Positions 48,710 to 61,017 of a stretch of 64,000 nucleotides of DNA are shown here, in pieces (position 1 is the first letter of the stretch; the number at the start of each line of letters is the position of its first letter). Both the position numbers and the translations under genes were made by a program. A model generated the notes under the pieces. It saw only the letters and a list, made by a program, of their open reading frames with translations, was not told where the DNA came from and made no database searches. Source of the DNA: Haplodiscus bocki (lineage: Eukaryota); assembly GCA_965655095.1 (NCBI GenBank), contig OZ296649.1, positions 4,712,001 through 4,776,000 on the forward strand. The letters run 5' to 3'.

Positions 48710-51700
48710 ATGGGCGAATATGCTGGCATGTTGCCACGGAAATTTATTAGCTTCCATTGTTTAGAAAACGAATCCAACGAACAGAAAGGTTGCAATACAG
48801 AAGGGGCTGAGAACTTCCTAGATCTTCCCCGAAGAAGCGAATCCGACAGTGAATGTAGTGATGGTGGTGGATCTCCAGAGAAAAGACTAGTAGAATTAGA
48901 TGTAATGCTAGTCTGTGAATTTCGCAAGGAGTCAATCGAAGGAGTCGGTGTAACTAACTTGCCCGATGCTGTTGAAAGGGTTCAAGATGTTAGTCATGTT
49001 GAAAGTCAGATTGTTGTGAGTCATTTACTTGGTGAAAGTTTGGAAGGACTCGATGAAAGTGGATTACACCAGCTGATTCAGAATGTTCCTGAGCCGTTCG
49101 AGACTGGATTAGAGGAGGAACGATCTTGTGCTGTGGACAGAGGAGTGAGTGTTGGTCAGATGACAGAAAGTGTGACTTTTTTGGACGATGTGATGAACTT
49201 GGAGAGTGGCAATCGGACTTCGACGCCATCAAAAGATGCTATGTATGCGAGTGGAAAGCGAAAATCTCAAGGGTCCGAGGCTGAAGGAGAATGTGTGCTG
49301 CGTCGGAAAATTGTTGCTTTCGAAATTGGAGATGGGAGTGACGAAGAGATTATGGCTTTTCGGGGTGAAATTGGGAGGGTAGGTGTAGGGAAGTCGTGTC
49401 TCAGCAGCGACTATACGGATAGAACACTGACTGAATTTGGGTTGTCGGACTTGGACATGATGGCTCGGGCAAAAGCGCAGGAGTTGGGGCCTGATTCCCA
49501 TGTAGTGTCGAGCGACGGAATGCTGCGTGTTCCGACAGTGGGTTCCTCTGGAGGGCTTCCGGATGCTCATGCCAAGAGAACAAAGTATTATCCGAGCCAG
49601 TCTGCAAAAAGCTTCTTGGAGGATTTTTTCGAGCTTAATCCTCCCACTCATTTGGACGCGACGCATCAGACGACGAGCTTCAGTGCAGACCAGATGATAC
49701 AATTCGCGAGGGCCGTTGGTTTGGAAGTATCGTTAGCGTCATTTGGGATGTTGGAAGACCTGCTTCTGAAAGCTAATTTAATTGGGAGACGTGGAGGTGG
49801 AGGGAAGGCATCCAGTAAGTCAACGTTCTCTAGTTGTGCCGGAACGAGTGTTGGCGATAGTGTGGCATCACGTTCCGTTAATTCATTACCGACCATAACG
49901 GAGTCGACGCGGAGTGAGAAGGTTGCAATGGGTTCTCAAGATCCATGTTCGAGTCGTCAGGCTGATGAGGCGTTGTCTGTTTCGGTGGTCCAGAAAAGGT
50001 TGTCCTAATCCTCCTCCAAGGAGTGGAGAAGAGAGCGGTGGGTACGTATTTACGGAAGAGATGTTGGCACTTGCACCCTTTGCAAAAGTTTTCGCGACTG
50101 GGCCTGATGAGCTTTTGAAAAAGAGACATTGTTTCTTCTGTATGTTATGTAAGAAGAACATCTCGATGAAATCAAGAGGATTGTACGAGTTGAAGAGGCA
50201 TTATCAGCGTGATTGCCATTTGCGGATTGATTAGCGTTTCTGTGAAAGATATTGTCCTGGGAAGGTGCGAGGAAAAGATGCCCGAGTTTTGTACGGTGTG
50301 AAGTTGGAAAAAGAACGCGAACAGTACATGGAGCTTGATGTGCCTGATCTATGCTATAAACGTCCATTTTATTATGATGTGATTGAGGGGAATCCTTTCA
50401 CGTTCACTACAGAATCGACCCACATCCGAATCCAGATTGAATTGTTATTGATCTTTTTGAAGAGTGGTGGCCAGTTGTGGGCTCTCGACGATTATTGGAC
50501 ACAAGTTGGTGTTCTTACAGGGCATTCAGCTGCAACCGCTGACTTTAATTGGACTCCATCACATATATCGGTTAGTATGATGCGATTTATTGTAGTAGTT
50601 TATGTGAAGAAGCATTAGGGGAGGAAAGTTCGGTCAATGAAGGGCAGCATAACCATAATATGACCTAATTAATTAGTGTGGTATGTATTATAAGGGAAAA
50701 TGTCAGACCTCAAGTTATTATTTTGACCGTGTTATTTCAGGCAATTCTTCGTCATTTGTTCATGGAGCTCATGAGGCACATTGCAGACGTAGTTGGCAAA
50801 GAAGGTGTGCTTTCCCTTGAGTTCAAAAGTTCAGCGGTCCGTCGCAGTTTGAGTTTGTGTTTCTGGGAGGGGAAGAATCTCGTGATGATGGCGTTGACTC
50901 ACTGTAGTAGAGATGTTCCTGTGGTGAAGGTCAATGTATCGATGGTTGGTCAGTTGCTGAGTGTTGTGTCGGCAAATCCAACGATTGTGTGTTGTGGAGG
51001 TGCGGACAGCGATTTTATTAAAGCCCCTGATAGAGATCCAACACGGAAAGCTGGAGTTCAGTACCCTTTTTGTTTGAGTCCGGTGCAAGTGGAGAAACTG
51101 ATGCACAAACCCAGTTCCGGTGTCTTGCGAAAGATAGATATGTTTTCGATGCTGAAGACACTGCTAGTACGTCTTTCTGGGATGTTGGATGGGCCTTGGG
51201 TGCAGTCGACTCGATATTTGCGAAAGGTTGGATTTATTGCTGGGATGTTTAACGGCCAATGTGGTTCGTTTTGAGTTGTACTTGTGTGTTTAAGGCGCTT
51301 GAAGGTGCAAGTCTGGATTTGTATTCTGCAAGTCTTGTGGTGCAGGAAATGCTCAATCATTGGGCGCAGATTGTGTCATATATCAGTGAGACTGGTCAGC
51401 GGCAAGAATTCCAGAATGTGCATGGGCGTGTAAGTTTAGTTGTATTGTTAGTGCCGAGTTGTTTAAATGGTTTAACGTATACTTTAGTGATGTCTCAGGG
51501 TCAGGCTTTTGATGTTCAAGTGACGGGAGACGAGTTTTTTTAGTGCAGATTGGAGTTATTCAAGGTAATTGTGCATATTACCGCGAGGCATTCAAACAGT
51601 CTTCATGCCCGAGACGTGACCAAGGTTTCTTTCTGTGCAAACAAATGTTGAATTTTCTGCACCGGTTGTTGCGACGGATTGTGGAGCGACACACATTGCC

Positions 51701-52760
51701 TGATGAAAGTGATTGGGAGGCTTTGCGGCAATATGACTTTATTGAAACAAAACTTTTGGATGTGCCATACTTTATGGAGAAAACTGAGTTTCGGGCAAAG
51801 GCTATGCGGGTAGCGAAATCGAAAATTGATGTGGAGCGAGAAAAATCAAAACGCCAGAAACCATCGGATGCTGTCGCACGATCTGTGATTGGGGCTACAT
51901 TCAATCCGTTTATTGAAACTGGTCGATCATATTTGCGTTATGTCGCCAAGGAATTAACTAAGCACCCATCTTTCAAGTCAGATTTGGTGATGGGAATGGC
52001 GAGTTTCGATTACTCGACCTTGTTTGTTTTTTCTCGACCGCAAGCTATTGAATGTTATCGTCATCTATTCCAAAGTTTCAGTTCGCGTGGATGGTTGGCA
52101 AAGGAATTAAAAAATGTCCATATGGATGACTATGTGGAGTTCGTTGAAGATTTGCGCCATGTATATTTAGACAATGTGATCAGTGGGCCGTTCATTGATG
52201 ATATGGTCACGTTTTTGTCTAATTGTCGTGAGTTGGCCCGCCGAGAATATACACTGCACGTCTTCAAATTATGCTGTTTGTGTCTTGGGCACATTTGTCC
52301 AGCTTTGCCTTCCGTCGGACTCAATTATGCAATGAGTGGAGTGGGGAGTGTTGATCTTTATTCGGTAATTGAGCCTTTGCAAATTTATTTGCTATGTGGT
52401 GAATTGGTCAACAATTTCTTTACTGATCCGGAGTCAATTGCAAGGTGTGTCGAGTTGGTGGATAACTTTGGAGATCAGGCTCTCCAGGCAAATTATAATC
52501 CATGGGACAGTGTTGACTTCCATGGGAGGGCTGGCATTATGGAGGGGTTGTCAAATGTTTACAAAGCTGTTTGTGTTGCTAGTGACGTGGATACCAGTTC
52601 CTTCAGCACAATTTTACAGAGTCCTGGTAAATTATCTATGCAACGTCGTACTCCGGTTCAGGCGCCCAAAATTGACCTGGAAAAGACGAGTCGTGCTGGT
52701 ACTGCTTCCGCGTTGGTGAGCAAGCTGCGTTCACAGAAAAACGTAGTGGAAACAATGAAT
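48710..52760 (+). pseudogene. Antisense multi-exon cargo gene: acidic disordered N-terminus, BED-type zinc finger, hAT-transposase-like body
   Basis: Long colinear ORFs (467, 106, 117, 198, 94 and 427 aa); CMLC-x14-H-x5-H finger; phase-0 GT-AG introns at 50571-50740, 51227-51294 and 51430-51548 join the frames. One frameshift (~49990) and one TAG (50232). Confidence 0.75.
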
Positions 52761-52964
52761 AAACATATTAGGATTGTTTGTATGCATTGTATACTTTGTT
52801 TTGTTCTTTTGTTGAATCAATGGTGATTAATGTTTATATGGATTTGCCCCAGAAAATAGAAAAGAGAATGAATGATGTGTGTGCAAAAAATTACAGAATG
52901 AGAGTAGCACACGAAAAGGGGCATCAATAAAATTTTGCACACATCAATATCTGTATAATTCTGA

Positions 52965-54690
52965 TTAGTTAGGATTAGGATTAGGGCGTAAGTTGTATGT
53001 GCCGGCTCTAGAATGGCTTGGTTCGGTTTGCGGAAAATCTTCAGTAGTGGGATCGTTGATCTCAAATGTTGAAAGGGTATTACACTGCCCTAATGGTGAT
53101 TGTGTCATAGGTTCACATGTAGTATCAGTGTCTGTACTTGGCTCAGATGTTCGTTTGGAATTATCATTATGAGTTAGGTCGATAGTGGTCTCAATGTCCT
53201 GACTTTGACTATTCGATTTAGGCAATAAATTTTGTGGTACAGGTGAGTCAGAAATAGGGCATGTTTCCCTGTTTTGACCATTGTTAGAATCATGAAAATA
53301 GGAAAGTGGGACAATAACAGTGTCTGGTCCCTGTATGTGACTATCATCAAAATCAATTGCGTTAGGGTCAGTGTATATGATAGGGATATCGAATAGGTGT
53401 CCACCAAATTCCACTTCCCATGCAATTGTGTATAAATCATCTTGTGGGACAACGATATTATCGTCAACTTGCCATTGAGTTTCCTGATGGTTGTCTTCAG
53501 GAGGCTTTTCAGGGTTGTATTTTCGGAGGCGAATTCTGTAAACGATTTGAGTTTTGTTTGTATTAAGTTTCCGCAAAATGTAATTATTGTTCGGTAAAAC
53601 TTTTTCTACTAAATAGGGTCCAATCCAACGGAACTCACGGGACGGTATTTTTGACCCTTGGTGGTCCGCTTTTGGCTGAACTATAAAACAGTAATCTTTT
53701 TCTTTTAAAGGTGAGGCTTTTGCTTTTTTGTCGTAATACTTCTTGTATTTGATATATGACTGCATGACCTTTTTCTTAGTTTTGTCATACAGGATTTTGG
53801 TTCTGCGAAGTAATTCTTCTGCAAAATCTGTAGTTGGTGTGATATTAGGGTTAAAACGTAAGCCAAGTTTGTGATCTAGGATGTTGTGTGGGACTCGGCC
53901 ATGGATTACTCGGCTTGGTTCACAATCGATATTAGAATGGTATGTTGTGTTAGAATTCAGGATTGCAATGGGTAAATATTTGTGCCATTGTTTCTTGTTC
54001 TCGCCTGATGCCATTTTCAAAGAAGTTTTGATTGTGGCATGGGCCCGTTCTAGGACCCCGATAGTTTGTGCGTGTTTTGTTGTGGCATGTTTTAAATTTA
54101 TGCCCAATATTTCGTGTATAACTTGGGAGACGAAAACGCTTCCTTTGTCTGTTATAATGAGTGTAGGTAAGTAAGCGTGTCTTGTCATGATGTCTATTAT
54201 CACTTTCGCTGTGTTTACTGCCGTGGGGTTGGAAACTGGGTAGGCAAATGAGTATCTCGAAAAAAAATCAATTGCGGTTATGATGTTCTCATAGCCCCCA
54301 CTTGGCGGTAATTCTGGCAATAATCAATTTGCATAAGGTCTTCCGGTCCGAGATCCCATTCTGGGATGTGGATTAATTCTGGGGTGATTCGTGTGTTATT
54401 TATGCGCTTGTCTTGAATGCATATTTCGCAGTCACGAACCCAGTTTCTAACGTATGTTGCAATGGAAGGAAAGTAATACTTCTGACGGATTTCTTGTATC
54501 TTTTTTGAAATGCCTGGGTGTTTACCAGCTGTTCCGTGTAATGATTGTAATAACACTTTGAGTAATTGTCCGGGCAAAAGGACCTGTAAGTGACTGACTT
54601 CACCAATATCGTTGTAGTATTGTCGGTAGAGTATATCATCTTTGATGATTATACAATTTTTGTTTCTGAATTAATGCATGTAACGTGCGT
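52965..54690 (-). pseudogene. Gypsy integrase (HHCC, rve core, GPY/F motif, low-complexity tail)
   Basis: LHGTAGKHPG...CEIC; QID..PELPPSGGYENIITAID; ITDKGSVF; ERAHATIK; WIGPY. Frameshift at ~54320. Confidence 0.95.
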
Positions 54691-54693
54691 CAT

Positions 54694-55686
54694 TTAAAAA
54701 ATTTGTTCGTCAAATGGTAATCCCAACATTTCTCGTTTGACTTTGAGTAGTGTTGGATCTGAATCTGGTTCAATGAGTATGCGTGATGGTTTCGTTAATT
54801 GTGCTATGTTCACAATTGTTGTGTCCTTGTGTAGGTCATTTGCGTAGTAATACGACACTGTGATGACTGGTGGATCGTTAGGTATGGCGTTTCGGGCTTC
54901 TTCTTTACGTTTCCAAAGTTCTTTCTCTGTGGTCTCTAGTTGTTCTGTAGGATCAAAGAAGACAGTTTCTTCTTGTGCGATGCCTGTGGACTCAATGTTC
55001 ACTTCAATTGGTTTTGTTGGAATGTCTTCTCTGATTTTTAAAATTAATTTTTCGTTTGGATCCATTTCTAATCGAGATAAGAAATCTGCTGCAGTGTTCA
55101 TTTTTCCTGGAATGTGTGCAATAGTAAAACTAAATTGTAGTACAAAGTCACATGCATTCCATAAGGTTGGAGGAATCATTTTTGTTTGGAAGAATCTAGT
55201 GACCGACTTGCTATCCGTCATGATAATCACTGGTTTGGTGGCACCCCAAAATATATGTCCAAATTCTTTGAAAGCCATGTAAATGGCTAAAAATTCTTTT
55301 GCGTAAATGGACATTTTGATTTGGGATGGTGAGAATGTTTTTGAGCCATAAGCTATGGGAGCGTAAGTTTTGCGTGTTGAGGTGTACTTCCGGTTGGGAT
55401 CGTCTTCTATTAGCACCGCATAGCCAGCTGCTTGAAAACTTGCATCAGTCATGAGGACCAGTTTTTTACCAGGTAATGGTTGACGTAAGGCCAGTTGGCA
55501 ACAACGGTCGAGAGCTTCGTTTATTTCCCTGAACTCTTTCATGATATCAGAGGTAATCAGTATTTTGGTTTTGGCGTCAGCTGTTTTGAGTAGCTAGAAG
55601 AACGGTGTCAGTCGTTCTGCCAATCTGGGTATGTAGTTTCGATAATAGTTTCAAAATCCGATGTACCTTTGAAGTGCTTTCTTGGA
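54694..55686 (-). pseudogene. RT connection and RNase H
   Basis: LMTDASFQAAG; YAKEFLAI; TDSKS; HIPGKMNTAADFLSR. Confidence 0.95.
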
Positions 55687-56781
55687 TCATGGGAATTTGA
55701 CTTTTTCAAGGAATTTGGTGATCTTTTGTTTTTGTGGGGCAACACCCTTGGTTGTTATTGTTCGTCCAAGGAAATCTATTTCTTGTACCCCAAAATAGCT
55801 TTTAGCCATACTTAGTTTAAGGCCAGCTCTCCGCAGGCACTGGAGAAGTGCTCGTAAGTTTTTGATTAATTGTTCCGGGGTATTGGCGGCTATGCCAATA
55901 TCATCAACATATTGTGCATTTTGATCTGCTTTGATTACTGGATCGAGGTATTCGCGTATGAAGCTCGAAAATGCCGATAGGGAACGGCTAAGTCCTTGTG
56001 CCAATCTTCGGTACGCAAATGTTCTACTTGCGAAGTTGAATGCAAGGAGTTCGATTGATTGCTGGTCTGCCATTTGAAGGCAGTGATATGCCTGGGAACA
56101 ATCAAGTTTGCAGAACAAGTTTTTCCCAGCCAAATAATGTGCTGCATCCGTCAGTGTGCTAACCGGATGGTAATTGTTGATATAATCATCTGCGATAAGT
56201 GTGTTAATTTTTCGGAGGTCGACAAAAAGGCGTAGTTTCCCGTTTGGTTTCCTTTGTGCAAATATTGGACTAGCATATTTGCTGAAGGGTAATGTTGTGA
56301 TGATTCCATACTTGTGTAATAGGGCTAGTTCCACGAGGATGTCGTCCTTGAGTTTGATCGGCGCAGGAAGGCTTTGACTATAAGCAGGCCTGTTGTCTAA
56401 CGGTGTGAGTTGTACTTTGAGCTCTGTATTGATTCCGATGTCAAAGCGGTGCCGTGCAAAAATGTCATGAAATTCCACAAGTAGGTTTTCAACGGCTTGT
56501 TTGGCTTCCGGTTGTAAAGTAGAATCTGTCCCATCGAAATTGGATAGAAATTGGTTTCGAGAGTTGGTATTATCTAATGGATTTATTTTTTCCAATTGTT
56601 CTAGTTCTCGTAATTCATTGAGAATACGTGTCTGAATGGGCGTGTGTTCCTTTTCATTGCCCCGATTTTGTGGTGTTGGGAACCAGTAGGTCTCGTTGAC
56701 TTCGTCATCTTTCGATGTCTTCAGAAGGCTGTTTATGTATTGCATAGCGTCGTCATGACTGTTGTTTAGAAGGTGCCTCAC
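55687..56781 (-). pseudogene. Reverse transcriptase
   Basis: SKYASPIF..RKPNGKLRLFVDLRKIN; KLDCSQAYH; LAQGL; YVDD; FLG. Premature stop at 55687. Confidence 0.97.
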
Positions 56782-56789
56782 TGGGGTAA

Positions 56790-57723
56790 GATTGACTGGT
56801 CGAATGTGTTTTGTTTGTTCAGGAGTTAATATTGAGAAATTTGCGATATGCGTTCCTTTCTTTAGGGTGTAAGGGTGGTCTAGAAAATTGCTATTTTAGA
56901 CCATATGTTTGTTGTTTTGGGTTGATGAAAGTGCTGGACAGATGAGAAGATCGTCGTCGTTCTCTAGAAGTGGCGAGGGTTGAATTATTCCTGTCGCTTC
57001 GTTATCTGTGTAAATCTGTGACTTTACCCAAAATGTGGTTCTTTTTCCCGGTTGTAGTGTGGTTTCTACTGTGTTTAGTATAGGCTCAATGACATTTGGG
57101 TATGTCCGGTCTTCATTTTTCAATTGCATTGAAAAGAAGGGAAAGTTCAGGATTCCTTGACGCATATCGAGTATGGTACTGTTGCGTTGTAGGAATAAGA
57201 GACCAATCAAAGGGTTTGTGAGACTTGTCATGACGATGAATTTCTCTCTGAATGTAATGTCACCGACTTCGAATTGCAATTCTACTGTTGCAATAGGTGC
57301 TTCCAATTGTCCATTGGCAACCATAATTTGGAACTCAGGTGGTGGGCCTTCATTTAAAATTGTATGTGGAGTCAGTAATCGAATTTTACGTAAGTCGGCT
57401 TCCGGAATGGCGCTTGACAAAGCACCCGTATCTATGAGCCCGTCAATATTTAACTCCCCGAAATCCATTGGAAAATAAAGCTTTTTTCGCTTTTTCTTTA
57501 ATGGCAAATTTGTTGAAAGCGGGAGAAACCTTGTCAGTCCGTCTGGTGTTACCTGGAGCTGTGGTAAAATTTGGTCGTCAATGACTGCTGTGTGCCTTTG
57601 TTGACTTTGTGGTCTCGGTCGAAAGTTGGGTAATGCTGATGTTTCAGGTAAATGTGGATTGACTGTCCACAAATCTATCAAGGCATGTCGCAATGCGTCT
57701 GATACGTGTGCATCCGTAATCAA
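56790..57723 (-). pseudogene. Aspartic protease followed by a beta-rich (dUTPase-like) segment
   Basis: LIDTGALSS active site; ANGQ; LIGLLFL; then TTLQPGKR...YTLKKGTHIA. Confidence 0.9.
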
Positions 57724-58102
57724 ATCATCACATTCTGGTCATTAGGTTTATTGTAAGTATCTTTGTACTCCAACTTGTCGTGGTCATAGAATTATTCATC
57801 CCAATATAGGTCAAATCCGTATTGAGGGTCAACGAAGTATGCGTCGTATGCAAGGACTTCTGGAAGGGGTCTAAATTGAGTTTCCAAGTTGTCTGTGTAG
57901 TCGTATTCGTATGTTGAGAAAATTTTATGGATTATGTGCATATTATAATATCTTCGAATGTAGGCTTTTTCCATTTGTTGCTGCCAGACAAATGGAATTC
58001 CCGTGTTCGACGTTTGATGAGAGTGGTATACTATGGTGGGTGGGTCAGATATAACGTATTGTCTCACTGATGTGTAATCTGCCCATTGGAGTCGTGGCTT
58101 TT

Positions 58103-59814
58103 TTAGTTTGAAGAGTTTTTAAGAATTGATGAAGGTCCTGAATGGGTCAAGTTTTCTTGTTCCTGCCCGTCATTTCGATTTTCTGGTTTATATTCTTGCT
58201 TGAACCGCTTGGGTTTGTTTGCTGCGTTAGGACCGCTCCAACACTTTTCTGGAGGGTGATTTGTCCGTTGGCATTGGGGACAAGGTGGAAATGATTTAGA
58301 TGTCGGATGTTTTATATTTTGGATTAAAGAATCATTTCTCTGCTCCTGTTCTTTTCTCATCCTTTTGCGACAATCTCGGATCACGTGGCCTGGCTTTTTG
58401 CAATAATGGCATACCACTTTCGTTTGTTCATTGTTTTGTTGGTTGTCATTTGGAGGTGCGGCTGTCATTGTGGGTATTGTCAGCTCCCCATCGTTTTCTA
58501 AACCACTGAGTTCTATTTCTCTTCCGAGATGTGCGACTATTTGGTCGTATGTGCCATTTTCCAGGTATGCTAGGTTGAGTGATCGTTTCAAATGAGGTGG
58601 CAGTTTTGCGTAGAGTAGGCTGTCAATCATGTGTTGGGCGTTGTCGCTGAACGCTCTTTCGGCACATTCGTTGAGTTCTTCTAATAAATCGGGGAGTGAT
58701 TTCGTGTTAGGATCGAATGTGAGTTTGTGCCATTTGTGTTTAGCTGTAGCTTGAGATTCTGATTTAACATATTTGCGTCGAAACACAATTGGAACGTCAT
58801 CGAGAGTCTTCTTGTTTAATGCACTTATGTTTCTGAGTGTTTGAAGTGCTTCTTTTCGTAAATGGGCGTGAAAATTGTTAATTTTCAAAGCTTCTGTCAT
58901 CTCCGGTTGCAATTTGAGCATTGTGTGAAATAGGTCTTCAAAGAGTTCGAATTTCTAATTTTTGCCATCGAAAACTAGTGTATTTGTGGATACCGGCTTG
59001 AGCATTGTGCCTGCTTGTGGTCGTTGTTGGGTTGCAATCCCAGCAATTGCGTCAGCTAGACGGTTAATGGAATTGTTTGCATCTAAGTTTTGATTTCTCG
59101 GTGTTTGTTCAGCCACTGGTAAATTGTTGTCTTGTGATACTTGTGTTGAAAGGTTCTGATATTGAATTGATGGTGGCTTGCGTGGTGTTACAATGCGTCC
59201 TGTAAGGAATTCAGGGAATTGATTTGTTTGGGCTGTTTGTCCTCTCACCATTTGATGAGTATGCGTTTGCCGGTCAAAATGTGTTTCAGGGACCGGCAGT
59301 TCACTTACCTCGTCTGGATTGTTAAGTCGAGTCTCATTGTTTCCATTTGATACACCTTGTGTATTGTTGTTTCCAGATGCGTTTTCAAAAAAGGCATTGA
59401 TCCCAACATGTTCCCTACGTTCTGAATTTACGGACACACTCGTCGCAGCCTGTCCTGAAGGTGCATTTTTTGACCTGATCGCTAGATCAATTTTAGGAGC
59501 AACGATGTTTTCAATAGCGATCAAAATTGCATTCTGTATCCTATTTTCAACTGTATCAATGATATTGTTCATTTCTCTATCAATCTTTTGTTAAAACACC
59601 TATGCAATGTTTTCACATTAACCGTACTTTCGTTAATAACTGAATCATTATTAGAGGTACTAACGGTAAAATCTCGGTAATTAGTACCTTCGTTGACCAC
59701 AGCATTTTCTTGTCTCTCGCTGACGGTGCTGCCAATGATCATATCCTGATCAAAGTCATTTAATTGGCTAAGAAGCCTTTGGTTTGACTGCCTTTTCTTA
59801 CGAGTGGAAACCAT
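58103..59814 (-). pseudogene. gag: gag (starts inside the 5' LTR; capsid-like domain and two CCHC knuckles)
   Basis: MVSTRKKRQ... (59814), frameshift at ~59580, stop at 58955, then FELFEDLFHTMLK...CHYCKKPGHVIRDC...CPQCQRTNHPPEKC. Confidence 0.9.
59233..59250 (-). promoter_or_regulatory. Putative primer-binding site TGGTGAGAGGACAAACAG
   Basis: TGG directly abuts the 5' LTR end, as expected for pairing with tRNA 3'-CCA. The primer tRNA was not identified. Confidence 0.6.
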
Positions 59815-61017
59815 GTTTGTTTTAATAACTGAATTGTTCTTGAGATTATGAAATTAACAGCAACGTAAGAACTCAATCATATTTTTACAAAACAATGCTT
59901 GCTGGGGATTTAAATAACCCGCGAATAAACTGAATCAATTTAAATATTTGTTGCAGTGAACTGTTCTTCAGGAGGGCAGTTTTTCTTCTGTCTATGGTTT
60001 TTTGTCAGTAGTGGGTCACCATTTCCTTCGCCTGGCCTAACATTCGTCGACCAATTGGGTGGCACCATCTACTGACGTCATGGTCGTCATTCTATTTTTA
60101 ATCAATACATCAAAGGGCTTAACCCGAGTTTTACATATCATCATCGTGACATCACTTTAATAATAGTAACAAAACAAACTTCGAAGGAAAATACTGAAAA
60201 ATCATGACTCACAAAAATATGGTTATGGAATCTGGATAAATGGTAAAGGTCAAATAAAATCTTGTTTGCATGTATGGTTCATATCATGGGTGGTCGTTTA
60301 TGGTTATAATATAATAGATATGACAAGAATATTGATATTGAACTTCATGCACAGGTTTTAACTCTGAGCTAAAATATAGTGGTCAAACGTGGGCACTATG
60401 ACCGTTTGTTGGCCAGATGGTAATTTTGACTTGAGATTTATTATTAATTAGCACTAGATAGTTTATTATCACATAATTAAATAGGCTTATATAAGCACAT
60501 AGCAACGTCTTCTAGTTGAATATGGTCATTCTTCAACTTTTCTGACTTCGTTTGGCCGTAATTCGCCTTTTGTTTAAAATCGACCACTCGCTTTGAGCAA
60601 AGTGGTCAAAATTAGGTTCTTGTGACCAATCTTGACCACGCTCCGGCAGCGCTTTTGCTTGGTCAAAATTTGATACGAATACTTGTCTTGACCAATCAAA
60701 TTTAAGTATAGGACTTCAAACAATTTGAGCGCTATAAACATTTGTTTATAACCTTTCTCTCATGATACAAGCTTCTTTGCTAATTGTGTAGATTTTGCAC
60801 AAAAATACATAAAAATTCATAGGATCATTTATCTATATATAATATTATATAAATATGTAACTTCAACATGGGGGGGATATTTATCCAGCGCGTTATTTAA
60901 CAGTGGTTCTATTAGTTTAGTCTTCAAATAAGGGAATAGCATATCCCTGTGTGCCCATGTTTCGTCCATTAAGGTTAACGAAGTAGACTAGGCCGTCACA
61001 GGCGGCAGCCTGCGACA
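59251..61017 (-). repeat. 5' LTR (1767 bp)
   Basis: I count 13 substitutions and 2 homopolymer indels relative to 45271-47035. Confidence 0.97.

Larger units (their letters stand above)
45271..61017 (-). mobile_element. Full-length Ty3/Gypsy LTR retrotransposon (15,747 bp) with extra cargo genes; coding-defective
   Basis: Two ~99% identical LTRs; TG..CA outer ends; 5-bp TSD TTTGC (45266-45270 and 61018-61022); domain order gag-PR-RT-RH-IN. Confidence 0.97.

Noticed and set aside
47036-52960. env gene at the usual third-ORF position
   Set aside because: The main ORF is antisense, and neither ORF shows a signal peptide, furin site plus fusion peptide, or TM anchor.
48000-52960. Cargo gene as an independently nested hAT transposon
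   Set aside because: I found no TIRs or 8-bp TSD around it and its decay is no greater than that of pol. Not fully excluded without other copies.
53881-57478. Plus-strand ORFs opposite pol (97, 140, 101 aa)
   Set aside because: Shadow frames of the pol coding strand with no motifs.
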